From Podospora anserina (Eukaryota), in the NCBI GenBank assembly GCA_017654855.1, contig CM030335.1, positions 3,658,001 through 3,722,000 of the forward strand: DNA of 64,000 bases. The letters run 5' to 3'. Below are positions 12,203 through 24,188 of the stretch, piece after piece. The position numbers and the translations under genes were made by a program. Below the pieces are notes generated by a model, which saw only the letters and a program-made list of their open reading frames with translations, was not told the origin of the DNA and did no database searches. Every line of letters starts with the position of its first letter. The stretch's first letter is position 1.

Positions 12203-12706
12203 GGCGGTGGTTTGACAGCAAGACTATGCACTCACCTGGTTACATGTGGATAGAATCGGGTACATAGGTATGAATTGTGATGAATATTCCTTGAAAGAAA
12301 GAACCTGGAATACACAGCCAGAGATAATCCCGCTTCTGTTCTCGCCCGAGTCAGGGTACGAAGCTGTGACTCGAAAGCAGACTGGGCGAGTGTCCGAGTC
12401 CCAGTGGTCATGATTTGATGTTTTGTCGCGCTACTTGCCTGACGTCTGTCAAGTAGTGGATCACGACGAAAAAGGCAAATAAAACCCGAAAAATCCATGA
12501 CGGTATGGTTGCATGCGAACTGTATGCCGATGTTGGCGAATCGTTCAGCTCGGCGATCATCGGATTCCGAGGCTGTGGAGAACATCACACCCTGGGCATG
12601 CTTACATATCAAGCGCTATCAGGCACCTTTTTGACTTCAACATTCTACAAGGTAGGTACGGTGCCCTGTCTCTTTTCAACCACCACAAGACGACAAACTC
12701 TTCAAA

Positions 12707-13676
12707 ATGGCCACCTACACTCGCGACCAAATCTCTCACTATCTCCAGCACATTGGGTACACGCAAGATGTGAATCAACATTTTGCCGAGGACCCCCTGG
12801 GCTTACTCACCAGAATCCAAATTCTACATATGGCCCGCGTTCCATTTGAAAGCCTCTCATTGCACTACTCAAAATATCGAACTCTTTCATTGAATCCAGA
12901 GGATTTATTCGTCAAGATTGTGAACCGGGGACGGGGCGGCTACTGTATGGAAGTCAACGCTTTCTTCGCCGCCGTCCTGCGAAGTCTGGGATTCACGCTT
13001 TTCAGCACTGGTGGAAGGGTTAGAGGAGATGCAGGATATAAAGGATGGTAAGGGAGCTTGTTATGACTAGTAGTTTCACTTTGGGCTAACCCGAATTCTA
13101 TCTAGGGATCACATGGTCAACATCGTCACGATTGACAACCAGCGATATCTTGTCGATGTTGGCTTTGGCACAAACGGCGCTACACGACCAGTTCCTCTTC
13201 AACATGAACACCGATTTTTGACTGTTTTCCCAACGGAAGGAATGCTCGAGTATCGTGGCATCGATGCCAACACAGATCCAAACCAGAAAGTCTGGGTGTA
13301 TTGTGTCCGGCAAAAGGAAGACGACCCGTGGGGCGAGATGTACTGCTTCGGCGAACTCGAGTTTATTCCAGGCGACTTTGAGGTCATGAATATGCGTACA
13401 TCTTCAGCTCCGCAAAGCTTCTTTGTGCAGAGTGTCATGTGCATGAAAACCCGTTTGGACGAGGGGAAACAAGACCCCGTTGGCAAAGTGATTCTGCACA
13501 GAGATTACATCAAGCAGCAGAATGGGAATGAGGCCCCAATTACGACAAGATTGCTGAGCGAGGCGGACAGAGTTGAGGCGTTGAAGAGATACTTTGACAT
13601 TTCTCTCACTTTAGAGGAGCAGCAAGGCATTAAGGGGCTGGCGAGTGAGCTCAAGGACAGGTCCAAGCATGCATGA
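12707..13676 (+). CDS. NAT: Arylamine N-acetyltransferase
   Basis: 'ARVPFESLSLHY', 'RGRGGYCME' (catalytic Cys), 'WDHMVNIV' (His), 'YLVDVGFG' (Asp); one intron ~13048-13105. Confidence 0.95.
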
Positions 13677-14056
13677 TAGAAATGCAGAGAGATACCGGAG
13701 AAAGCAAAAGCTCGAGATGACGTTGAAACGAGTAGTCGGAGATTCAATTGATACCGGAAGATGAGCCCCCACAGCCTGCACCACAAGCTGCAGTCCCCCC
13801 TCCCCCCCACCCCCCTCAACACCACGCTATTGATTCACATAGTGTCTGGGCTCGTTCAACTCCGGGTCAATGCTACCCCAAGCCGTCCCGCCGATGACTT
13901 TTTGTTACAATGGTTGCCAGTTTTCCCTCATGAACTGTATAGCTTTCTCTTCCTTGACTGGAGGCATGTCACAGGATTGATCCGCTTGGATGTACAATGC
14001 TACGATTTCTTCATGGTATCAATTCGATGAAGACAGGCACCCCTTCTTTTCCCCAT

Positions 14057-15639
14057 TTACACAGCCATCAACCACGCCCCCAGCCCAACAAGCGCGGTCC
14101 AACCCAGCACCCTTGTCTCCCACCCAAACACCGTGGACGCAGCTGAGTCTCCATTACCATTATTGGTGCCGCTCCCATCCCCGTTTTGTCCGCCTTCTGG
14201 CAAGACAAACTTTCCTTCTGAGTTCTCGCCTGTCCTCTGCAGAACGTAAATCTCGCCCGTAGAGTCGCTCGAAAACCAAATTCTCCCCTTGGAGTCAATG
14301 GCCAGCCCCACCGGCCTGAAGCACTTGTCTGGGCATTGCGTGTTGTCCACATTCGTGATGATATCCCTCAGGGCCCCCCTGCTATCAGCCGATGCCACTG
14401 GTTCTCCTGTCGCGGCATTGAAGGCGATGCTTGCCACCTTGTACCCCACGGGCGAGGACCGGTCAACTGTTATTTGTTACGGTCAGCATACAGGCACAAG
14501 CAGGATATTATGAAGGAAAGACCTACAGCTCCCCCTAAACGTGATATACCCCGTCTCGCCCCCAGTAGAGAACTTGAGATCAATCGGCGCATAATGCGCC
14601 GGAAACGTCAACCTCGGCGCGACATAATCACTCTCGCACGTCTCATCCGTCAACGAGCTGTTCTCCTCCACGGCAAACTGCTTCCCCACCCCCAGCCCAT
14701 CCCCATCCGGGATCTCACTCGGGTCCCAAACCGCGAAGCAGTGAGGGTAGCCGTAGTTGTTGTTGGCAGAAGCATTAACGTTGACAGTTTCATCAAGATA
14801 GCCAAAAAAGTTGAGCTCCTCTCCGGGGTTGTTCTCCCTGATGTCCTGCCCGTTTCTCGTCACCCCGTCCACGCTGTTTTCCACGGCGTATATCCCGCCC
14901 GTCCGGGGGTGTTCTGCCACGCCGACGCTATTCCTCAACCCCCAGCCGAGAACGTCACCGTCGGTGTTGAAGTTGTAAGGACTTTCCGAGTCAGAGCGGT
15001 TGGTGATGTCAAAGACTCTAATCTGGGAGAGGCCGGACGAGAGGACGGCAGCGCGGTCGCGGTTGGCTTCTGCGCTGCCGCGGGAGACGATGAGCTTGCC
15101 TTGGACTTTTTCCGAGATGAGGAGGGTGCGGGTGACGAGGTCGTTGTTGCTCATGTTGGCGACGAGGGTGCGAGGTTGCAAGGTGACGGCACCGCCGCGG
15201 GCGTTGTAGGACCAGGCAAGTACGGATTCGGCGGTGGAGGCGTAGAGGATGTCCCCTTCGTTGGACAGGGCGAGGCCATGGTTGAGCTGTTCGAAGCGTC
15301 AGAAGTCTGGTTTTGCAAAGAGGAGATGTGGGATTCAAAACATACACCCTGGAGCTCAACCAACATGTGGGAGTGGTTGGCGTGGAGGCATGTTCCGCCG
15401 TTGTCTGTGAATCTGTGACGACTGATTCCCTTGCCGCTCTCCACAACAAGCAGAGCACCGGCTTCATCAAACTGGATACTTCGTGGCTTGGTCAACCCGC
15501 CGGCGACAAGCTGTGCTTGCCAGCCATTGGCAACAACCGGAGCAGGGTTGCGGGGAACGAGAATGTCGCCGCAGGTCCCCTGTGCCAGAGCACCCGCAGT
15601 GTAGAGACACGCTCCGGCCAAGACGGCTTTCTTCACCAT
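14057..15639 (-). CDS. Secreted, probably GPI-anchored PQQ-dependent sugar dehydrogenase (AA12 / glucose-sorbosone dehydrogenase beta-propeller)
   Basis: Signal peptide; 'GGLTKPRSIQFD', 'LNHG', 'GWGLRNSVGVAEHP', 'NPGEELNF', 'CFRPVGLAIDSKGRIWFSSDSTGEIYVL'; hydrophobic C-tail after a G/S/N linker; introns ~15287-15344 and ~14468-14527. Confidence 0.88.
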
Positions 15640-16487
15640 GTCGTCTTCTGTATAGCCTCACCTGATGCTGGCCCAAGAACCAAGATGAAGGAGACAAAAG
15701 GCGGGCCAAGATGTTGTTAATATCTACGCAGAATCCAAGAACCAGGAGCGCGGTAGCGAGAGGAGAACGGAGCGTGGAAGGGAAATCAATGATGCTCTCC
15801 TCAGCCTATCCCCAATATGTGATCTGCGGGGAGCAACGCAACGCTTCCAGCCCAAAAGCAAGGCTAGTGCTCATCTTGCCTCTACTTCTCAACCCCTCCA
15901 AGCATTTGCTTCACAAATAGAAACCAGAAGTGGATGATGCGATATGGGGTGGCACGGGAGACATGTGTGTGCCATGCAAATTCCCCGCATAAACCGCTCA
16001 CAACTTGCCCTGATCAGCCAATCAACCTACACCATGATGGTGGGATTGGTTGGAGGGGCAGGACAGAAGCAGAGGATTGCGGGGGAAACTGGACGGACGG
16101 CTACGTCCCCCTCAACCACACGCACTCGAGACATCCCACCTGGGCCAGTCAAGTTTGACTGTCCCATGGATGCAGTGCCGAGAGTCAGAAAGAAACGGCA
16201 AGTAAGCAGCATCATGCAGGTTGGCTGTGAGGAGGGGCGGCTGGGATGTTGGAGAGGGGAAGCTACCTTGTCTTGGCTACCTGCTTCGACAGTATGCGAG
16301 GGTGGTGTGCGTCTCGCCTCGATCAAGTCGTGGGTTCTCGCGGTTTTCTGTGTCAAATAGACCCGTAGACCCAGAGGTGCGTGCATTTGGCATTTTGCGC
16401 ATTCACCCGGCGATAACGGACCAGGTTGTCCTCCAACATCTCAAGCTGAGGTCTATCGTGATACCACAGACTGCCCGGCAGTTCAAG

Positions 16488-17653
16488 ATGAGATACCTGC
16501 CCAAAGTCGCGCTTGCGACAATAGCCTCCTCCCTATTCCTGCCACCAGCTTTCTCCCTCCCACAAGCTGGATCAGTCCCCGACGCCGCCCCTCTCCCCTG
16601 GGTGACCATCAACCCCCAAGGCGACGCCGAAACCATCATCCCCAAAGTCATCACCACCGAAGGCCACCGCGCCACCCTCTCCAACCCGCCCGCCCACCTC
16701 ATCTCCACCGCAACCTACACCCTATCCCCCGACGGCCGTCTCTCAACCTACACCGGCCTCGCCCCAGTAGCAACCGCCACAACCAACCCCGACAACAACA
16801 ACAACAACAACAACAACAATGACGACGACGACGACGAATCCGCCGCCTTCCTCGCCTGCCAATCCGACAAAGGCCACGACGAGCCCTTCTGCCTCCCCCG
16901 CCGCGGCTCCTCCCTCATCGCCGGGCGCACATATTACAGTCTGTTCCCTCCTCTCCCCCCACCTCAGTTGGATACCCAAACCCCTAACTCACCACAGTAA
17001 CCTGGTCCCCCTCCTACTTCTCCCCCCAATCAACCCCCCTCACCCTCCACGTCTTCTTTTCCTCCTCTTCTTTGTCTCAACAAACAGGCATTAACCTCAC
17101 CCCCATCCCCATCCCCGCCTCGGTTGGCTTCTACGCCTGGACCATCCCCCTCAATTTCCCCACCACCTCCCCCATCTCCTTCGCCCTCCAGCACAACGAC
17201 ACCACCACCGAGGAAGCGAACGACATCGTCACCGTTTCCGGCCCGACAGTCAACGTCTTTTCCTCCGATCCCAATCCTGAACCATCAGCCTCTGGGGGTG
17301 GCAACGGGACCAACCACCTGGCTATTGTCCTCCCTATTGTCATCATTGCCATCTTGATCGGGCTGGCAGGGTTTTGCTTCTTGTTCCGTCGTCGAAAGGG
17401 GAGGTGGCCTGTGATTGGCGAGAGGGCGAGGTCATCAGGGAGTGGGTATACCGGACAGGGAGGGAGGAGGGTGCAAGAGGACCAGGTTGGAGGGGGAGTG
17501 GTGACGGGGGATAACAAATCCGAGACCAACATTGGGGTGGAGCTCACCGATCGGGACAGCTGGTCGCCTACCTCGCCCAACTCGCCGAGCAGGGGGAGGA
17601 ATGTGTTTAGGGAGGAGGTGGAGAGGCAGGAGAGATTGGCTAGGGGGGGTTGA
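16488..17653 (+). CDS. Single-pass type I membrane protein, Psg1/DUF4448-like
   Basis: Signal peptide, 'PWVTINPQG', 'PFCLPRRGSSLIAGRTYYITW' across intron 16939-16997, TM helix 'LAIVLPIVIIAILIGLAGFCFLF' followed by RRRK, tail 'NVFREEVERQE'. Confidence 0.7.
16790..16837 (+). repeat. Compound (AAC)n(GAC)n coding microsatellite (poly-Asn/poly-Asp)
   Basis: Directly visible trinucleotide runs. Confidence 0.9.
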
Positions 17654-18135
17654 GGTGGGTAAACACAAACACTGCACAAAAAGCCCAGCAGCAGTAAAGT
17701 AGGTCGAGATGTGATTAGTTTTAGTTACATAATAGCTCTGTAGAGCATAGGTATTTTGTTCATCGTGGTGGGATCAGCAATTACAAAGATGCTAAGGTAT
17801 GTCCAGGTGCCCGACCAGTCCGCTTTGACGGTTGGACCAAATATATGTGGCGTGTAAAAAGCGGCCAGAGATGGAGGGACCTGCCTCCTCCTCCAATGCC
17901 AAATGGTCTAGAATGCAGAAAGCTGAAGAACCCATTCCATCCGTCCGTCCGGTCATGCAAAATCGATGGATATGATGCTCCTTGTGCAGTATAATCCCCC
18001 TCCCCACCCAAAAGAACACCCTGCCCCCTTTGCCCCATGTTAGCAGACCGTGACCATCTATTACATCCAGCCTCGTAGGTATTCAAGAAAATGTGTGTTG
18101 TGGTGCGCCGCAAGAACGGACATGCCCAGATCAGC

Positions 18136-20889
18136 TCAGCCAGAATCGTCCCACCAGCCGGCCTCTACATTCGGCTTGTAAGTGCCAAACGCACTGAGCC
18201 TCAGGTGCTTCTTGTTGGCAATCTTGGTCGACGGATTTGTGGCCGACAGGGGAACGGGGAAATCCGAGGGCGAGATGGGCGAGTCTGGGCGCGGAATGCC
18301 TTCGTCTTCTTCGTCTTCAGCCGGATCCTCCAGGATCTGATTCGGGATCGAGTTGTTGGCCGGGTGGGTGGGTTGAACGCTGGTTTGATCGGATGATCCT
18401 TTGCGGGGAAGACTGCCGCTCCGAGGTGGCCTCCGCGCGCCGGTAGTGGGCATGGACATTGCCGACAAGGATGCACGCTGCTTGTGAGGTTGTCCCGATC
18501 TGGAGCTGGACCTGCTGCCCCGACGGTCAGACTCGGCCGGCGCGGGAAAGTCGTCCAGCTGCACCATTGGGCCAACATCTGAGCTGGACTCGTCCATCAT
18601 GACGAGGATGTGACCGTGCTTTCCGCTTTGCTCAACCGCTGAGCTGCTCGCCCGTGACCGAACAGAGTCCTGGTGACGGGGTCGTGCCGACAGCGGGTTT
18701 GCCTCGGCGCGGACGGTGCTCATGCTGAAAGACGACTGCCTTGACATCATGCTCATGCCGCTGCTGTCGTTGGTCACCTCCCGCTTCAGGCCCGGGTGTT
18801 CCTCCTGGTCCGTGTTATCCTCATATTCGGCAAGAATATCCTCACGCATCCGGGCGCGCTTCTGACGCAAGGCAGCCAGCAGCATCTCTTCCTGCCGCGT
18901 CACTGCCATGAAGCGCCCGCTCTGGTTGTCCTGAATGCTGCTGGCGGCACTGCCACGGCGTCCGCTGCGGTTGCCACTGCCCTGGCTGCCTCTGCTAGCT
19001 ATGGAACCATCGTCCTGCGTGGAAGACGACCGTTGACTCTGCAGATAAAAGTCCACGCTAGTGGGCGACAGTGGCGGTGTCTGCTCGGGGCGTGAAGCCT
19101 GCGGTGGTCGCTGAGTGGGATGGATGGGGGGCGCTGGAAAGTCCTCAAACTGGGTCTCCTCGGGCACAGTCCACACTGGCTGGTCCTGGGACTTGCTCTT
19201 GGGCACCATGCTGATCACCTTGGCTTCGTACGTCGTTGGGGTTTGAAGCGCCGAATACCCATGCGTTCGGGCCGTACCCGTCGTGCTGCTGGAGGAACGG
19301 TTTTGTGGGGGGTAGATCTGCAGTGAGTTGTTCATGCTGGAGCTGGGGGCCAATGAGCTGGACCGTGGGTTAGATTTTGGCGCTTTGGAAGCCGCAGCCT
19401 GTTGCTCCCGGGTCGGGAAGTACTGCGGACTTTCGGCAAAGGTGGTTTGCTTGGGCGCCTTGCTTCGGCTCGAGTCTTCGGATCTGGTGAAAGATGGTTG
19501 AGACATGGCCGATCGTGGGCTGACGGGACTGGCGGGGCCATCACTGGGGGGCGGGGGGACGGCAAGCTGGTCGCTACAGGCATCGTAGTCGTCTTCTGAA
19601 TCGGACGAGAGGGCCAAGACGCTGTTCTGAAGCAGGTCAATCTCCGTTAGGCTGCGGTCTGTGCGTTTTGACGCTTTGGACGTTCGCGTGTGCCGACTGG
19701 AAATGCTGGCACAGTCGGCCATGGGCGATACAAGACTGGGCGCGCTTGGGGGCCTGACCAGATGGACATCTGGAACCTTGACAGTCAGAGGTGGCGGATC
19801 TTGCCTCTGGCCTGTCCGCGATGCGCTGCGCGGAAAAGGTGAGAGGGAGGGTTTGCCCGTGTTGCTGGTGGGTGGTGTTGGATATGCTGGGAGCGCGCGG
19901 TCTGGCGGTGGCCCCCGACGCTCTGGAACTTGCTGGTAGTTATTCTCCAGCGCCTCGTCAAACGTTTTTTGCTCATAATGGTCATAAAGGTTGTGCAGTT
20001 CGGCGTTGGGCTTGATGGGAATTTGTTTTGGGCTATCCGAGCGCCCGGCCGAGCTGATGGGTGACGGCCGTGGATCGGGAGTGGCTGTTTGTTCTCGTAA
20101 TGACTCCTTAGTCATCTTGTTCCGAAGTCTCCGGTCGATTCGCTGTGAAATCGGCGGGGGCGTTGATGCAGAGGAGCTGGACATGACGGACGGTGATGTG
20201 GTGAGCATATCAGAGCCCAGGACGTGGCCGCTGGTGGGTTCCGGTCTGAGATGTTTGTGACTCCTCTTGGACAGGAGCGAGGAGAGATCGAGCCTGGAGG
20301 GCTTCTTCTTCTTCAGCCCTTTCGGCTCGGTGTTGAAGTTGCCGTCAAAGTCGAGAATGGCATGCGCCTTGGATGGCAGTCCCTTGGCCATGGCCGAGTT
20401 TGCGGTCTGCTGGGAGATGGCCAATGGCACTTTCGCCTTGTCGTAGTAGGATCGGATGGTGGAGCTGGACTGCTGGCGACGCAGGCTGGAGGCATCAGTG
20501 GTGTCGTCGTGGCGTCCTGATGGCGCCATATTATCCTTGGGCAACACAGCCGACTCTTCCTCCCAGCGCCTGTCTCGGTTCCCCGAAGATCCATGGTGTG
20601 CATCATCACGACGCGCAGATCCCAATCGAGAGCCCGCATTGTCCCGCCCGGCCGGTGTTTCCGTGACATTGATGCTGATCCCCGCATTCGATTGGCCGTC
20701 CCACGGGCCCCATTTTGTGGTGTCTGATGTCGCGCCTGCGAGATCGAGGCTGATGGCGGTGGTGCCGAGGATCCTCTGGGCTTTTGTGAGTGGCTCTGAG
20801 ATGGACAGCGGCGCGGCAGAGGCGGCGGGTTGCGATTGTTTGTGTTTTCGGCCCGGGAGCGAGAAGGGAAATTTGGACGAGTGGCCCAT
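18136..20889 (-). CDS. Ser/Pro/Arg-rich, largely disordered hypothetical protein (917 aa)
   Basis: Long intronless ATG-initiated ORF with short ordered islands ('LTKAQRILG', 'SYYDKAKVPLAISQQT', 'MAVTRQEEMLLAALRQKRARMR'). Confidence 0.85.
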   Translation of the reverse strand: MGHSSKFPFSLPGRKHKQSQPAASAAPLSISEPLTKAQRILGTTAISLDLAGATSDTTKWGPWDGQSNAGISINVTETPAGRDNAGSRLGSARRDDAHHGSSGNRDRRWEEESAVLPKDNMAPSGRHDDTTDASSLRRQQSSSTIRSYYDKAKVPLAISQQTANSAMAKGLPSKAHAILDFDGNFNTEPKGLKKKKPSRLDLSSLLSKRSHKHLRPEPTSGHVLGSDMLTTSPSVMSSSSASTPPPISQRIDRRLRNKMTKESLREQTATPDPRPSPISSAGRSDSPKQIPIKPNAELHNLYDHYEQKTFDEALENNYQQVPERRGPPPDRALPAYPTPPTSNTGKPSLSPFPRSASRTGQRQDPPPLTVKVPDVHLVRPPSAPSLVSPMADCASISSRHTRTSKASKRTDRSLTEIDLLQNSVLALSSDSEDDYDACSDQLAVPPPPSDGPASPVSPRSAMSQPSFTRSEDSSRSKAPKQTTFAESPQYFPTREQQAAASKAPKSNPRSSSLAPSSSMNNSLQIYPPQNRSSSSTTGTARTHGYSALQTPTTYEAKVISMVPKSKSQDQPVWTVPEETQFEDFPAPPIHPTQRPPQASRPEQTPPLSPTSVDFYLQSQRSSSTQDDGSIASRGSQGSGNRSGRRGSAASSIQDNQSGRFMAVTRQEEMLLAALRQKRARMREDILAEYEDNTDQEEHPGLKREVTNDSSGMSMMSRQSSFSMSTVRAEANPLSARPRHQDSVRSRASSSAVEQSGKHGHILVMMDESSSDVGPMVQLDDFPAPAESDRRGSRSSSRSGQPHKQRASLSAMSMPTTGARRPPRSGSLPRKGSSDQTSVQPTHPANNSIPNQILEDPAEDEEDEGIPRPDSPISPSDFPVPLSATNPSTKIANKKHLRLSAFGTYKPNVEAGWWDDSG

Positions 20890-21567
20890 TGCACACTGGG
20901 CTCGGCTCGGGGCCGATGCCGAACCTGACCCGGTCGGATCTCGAGCAGCACAGGGCAGTCTCGTCTCTGGTGTGTGTCTTCTCTCCGGGTCACCTGGGGC
21001 AGCTCATGACAGTCGTGGCAGGAGGGAAGAGCGAGAATAATATTGAGCTGGAAACAAGAACAAGAGCAGAAAATAAGTGGTGGGGACAGGATCGGTTGGT
21101 CGGTGGTCGGCCGTGGTCGGTGTTCGCATCCAGCCAGGTGCAAATTTCGGGAGCCGGCAGCAGCACGTCAGTGGTTCCAGGGGGTTGCTGGCTTCGATGT
21201 TAGAGACGGGTGTCGGTGTCGAGCGTCGACGACGGATGAAGTCGATGGAAGTCAAGGCGCGCAACCCACACGAACGACGACGGGCTGTCGCGTTCTCATA
21301 TGGCTCCCGGCAGACGGATCCTTTCTGGCACACGGCCCTCAGCGCAGCAGTCGTTCGGAGGCTCGTCGTTTCTTGGCCCACCCCTTGCTATCGGCAATCA
21401 GCGGAATCCCTGGTGTTTTGGACGGCCCCACCCACCTAATGCTGCTCACGACGGCGCAATTTTGGAGGTGAGGTGGTGATAACGACGGCGATAAGGATGT
21501 TATAAGTCTACACTGGAGGTAAATACTGCGTAGGTACTGTGTCTTGAAGAGGCACATGAGGACGGGA

Positions 21568-21660
21568 GGAGGAGAGAAGAAGAAGAAGAAGAAGAAGCAG
21601 AAGAAGAAGCAGAAGAAGAAGCAGAAGAAGAAGCAGAGGAACCTAAGAGAAGGAGAAGCG
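21568..21660. repeat. Purine-rich (GAA)n / (GCAGAAGAAGAA)n microsatellite
   Basis: GAA run followed by about four 12-bp units, in the non-coding region upstream of the 917-aa gene. Confidence 0.9.
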
Positions 21661-24188
21661 ATGGGCGCACGCATCGGACCAAGAATGGGAGGCCCGTGAG
21701 AGAATACAACCCTTTCCTTTCCCCATTCTGCTTGGCCATCTCTGATAATATTTCCCGGTCGCGGTCACGGGTCGGGGGGGTCGTGTTTGTTCAGGTTCAT
21801 GTCGATGTCGTTCCCCTGTGGATTTGCTGCATGGATGCTGAGATCCCTGCTGTGGCCCTGCTCCTCCCCTGCTGCAAGCCACTGTGGCCGTGGCGCAAAA
21901 TTTGCAAAAAAGCAAGGGAACGGGAACCGTGGACCGACAGCACTGCAGATTCCATCATTTCCATCTTTTGTTCTTTACTCCGATGAACTGAGGAAGCCTC
22001 ACCCTCTGTCTCTTGCAATTTAATCGGCGTCACCTCTGCATATCCAATATTATGGAGCAGTACCGGTGTCTCTTGTTCAAGGTCTGGCTGAGGTGAGAAT
22101 GGCGACACAAAGACAAAACAGAGGCAGCGATACCCTGGTCTGGGTCCCCTGGGGGCTGCCAAGTGGTCGCATTCTGTGGAGAGGAAGAAAGGTACTGAAG
22201 ACTTGCGCGATCGTCAGCAATCTCAGGCCAGGTCAGCGCCCCAGCTGAAAGAAGGCTTGGAAATCGTCAATCGCCAGCGATCATCCAGTGTAAAAAAAGA
22301 AACACGATGAATTAGACCCCGGAATTCCCATGGCCTGTCATTTCCAGCTCCTGTTCTTCTTCTGGTTCCGCCCGAGTCAGTACTCCAGGGCTCCGGTCCT
22401 GAAAGCAACACTCACCCGGTACCAGCATCTCCAGAGAGTGAGCCTGAGGTGTGTGAGAGGAGAGAGAGGGGAGACTGCAACGGTTACACACGCTAGGTGA
22501 AACTCACAACATCCCCTTCCACCTGTTTCACTCACTGTATGTAGCTCCAGCAGACGACCGTAAGAAGACCAGGCTTGCGAGGTGCTGCCACAACCAAGAA
22601 ATTACCGACTGATCTGCGACCCCCATCGCCCGTCGATGCTCTGTCATTCTTCAAATCTGAGATGGTTGATCATGGTCACCGGCGACGACAGCGATATTAA
22701 AGGTAGCGAGTGCAACCCCACGCACACAGACCGCGTTTATTATCCCTTCACAATGCTCTCTCTCTCTCTTTTGGGCGACGGAACCTGCCCAAGAACCATC
22801 AGCACATCCCCCCGCTTTCCTGCCGATCTCTTGGATGGTCCCAACTTTGGTAGAAATTGGCTGAGAGGACGTGGCCGAGAAACTTCAAGCTTCACAGATC
22901 AGAGCTTGGCATCTCATAGAGTCTCCTCCCAACCTGCAGCCAGATCGATCCATCACACACACAGCAGCCTACCATGGCACCTGCAGCATATGCAATGCCG
23001 TGCCGGTGCCGTGAGATGCACAGAGTCTCTCTCTGTCCCGGCGTCTTGGTGGTGAGGGGGATTGGGCCCAAGCACTGTCATGAAAATGCGGGGGATGCGG
23101 GGCTTTCATCTGTTTTCCTCATTTTTTTCTTCTTTCTTTTCGGTGTTTGCTGAAACATGTCTCAATCGCTGTTCCAACACTGCCGGGTTGTCTCGAGATG
23201 ATCGAGATCTGCTCACCGTCAATCTTCGGGAATTTCATCGACTTACCTTTTTGTCGATGCCGGGCTCGGACCTCTCGGCCGGTGCAGATGTCATCGCGAT
23301 AGCTCCAATGCGCACGGCTTCGGTTTGTGCATTAGCCCTTCCGTCCCGCTCCAGTCACTTCTTGGTTCGAGTCTGATCATTTGCCAACCTGGAAATATCA
23401 TTTGATCATTGTCCCTTTTGAGTGGCTATTGGCTTGTGCTTGCCTCTTGGATGTGCCACGGAACCAATGACAAGGCTGACCACAGATATCTCGAGATACG
23501 GCACCACGATGGTGCTTTTGGCCTCAAGTCTGCACCCAAATCTCTTGCTCAGAAAGACCACCTCCGACATCGTTCCTTTGGCTACCTACTAGTACCCCAG
23601 ATCGCAAGGGAGCCGATATCTTCCACGTCAGCCGAGGCCACCATCGGGATCAGTAGCATTGTCACTCTTGATCATCACTGGTCAAAGATGCTTAAATTGT
23701 TCCCAGGCAGTCTACCAGTATTCTAGACGTATCACCGCGATGGGTCCCTCGGCCCTTTCCGACGACGATTGGTGATAACCAATCCCCAGAGATCCGCCAC
23801 GTGAAGTCACGGTAGGATGGAAAAGGCAGGCGGCCACTCAGCTGGGTTAGAAGCTGGAGGCATGCCTTGGCATCGTTAACCACCTGTCCATTCAGGCAGG
23901 TCGCCCGCCCAACGTGCTAGTACCCCCAGCCAATCAACACGCACAGCACCCTGAATAGCCCCTGAAGGGCTACGATAACATAACTGGTGTAACGGCGGCC
24001 AGGTCCGCCTTATGTGGTACTTGCCTTGCCTATCAAATCAACAAACTGCATATCCCACGTGCAATACAGGAGGAACATGCAGCATATAACTACGAGATGA
24101 TCGCCTGCAACGGCTTGTCCTGTTTTCAACAGCTTGGACTCGCACAGGCCCGAGCCCGATCCCGACGACAGCCACGACGACGACGATC

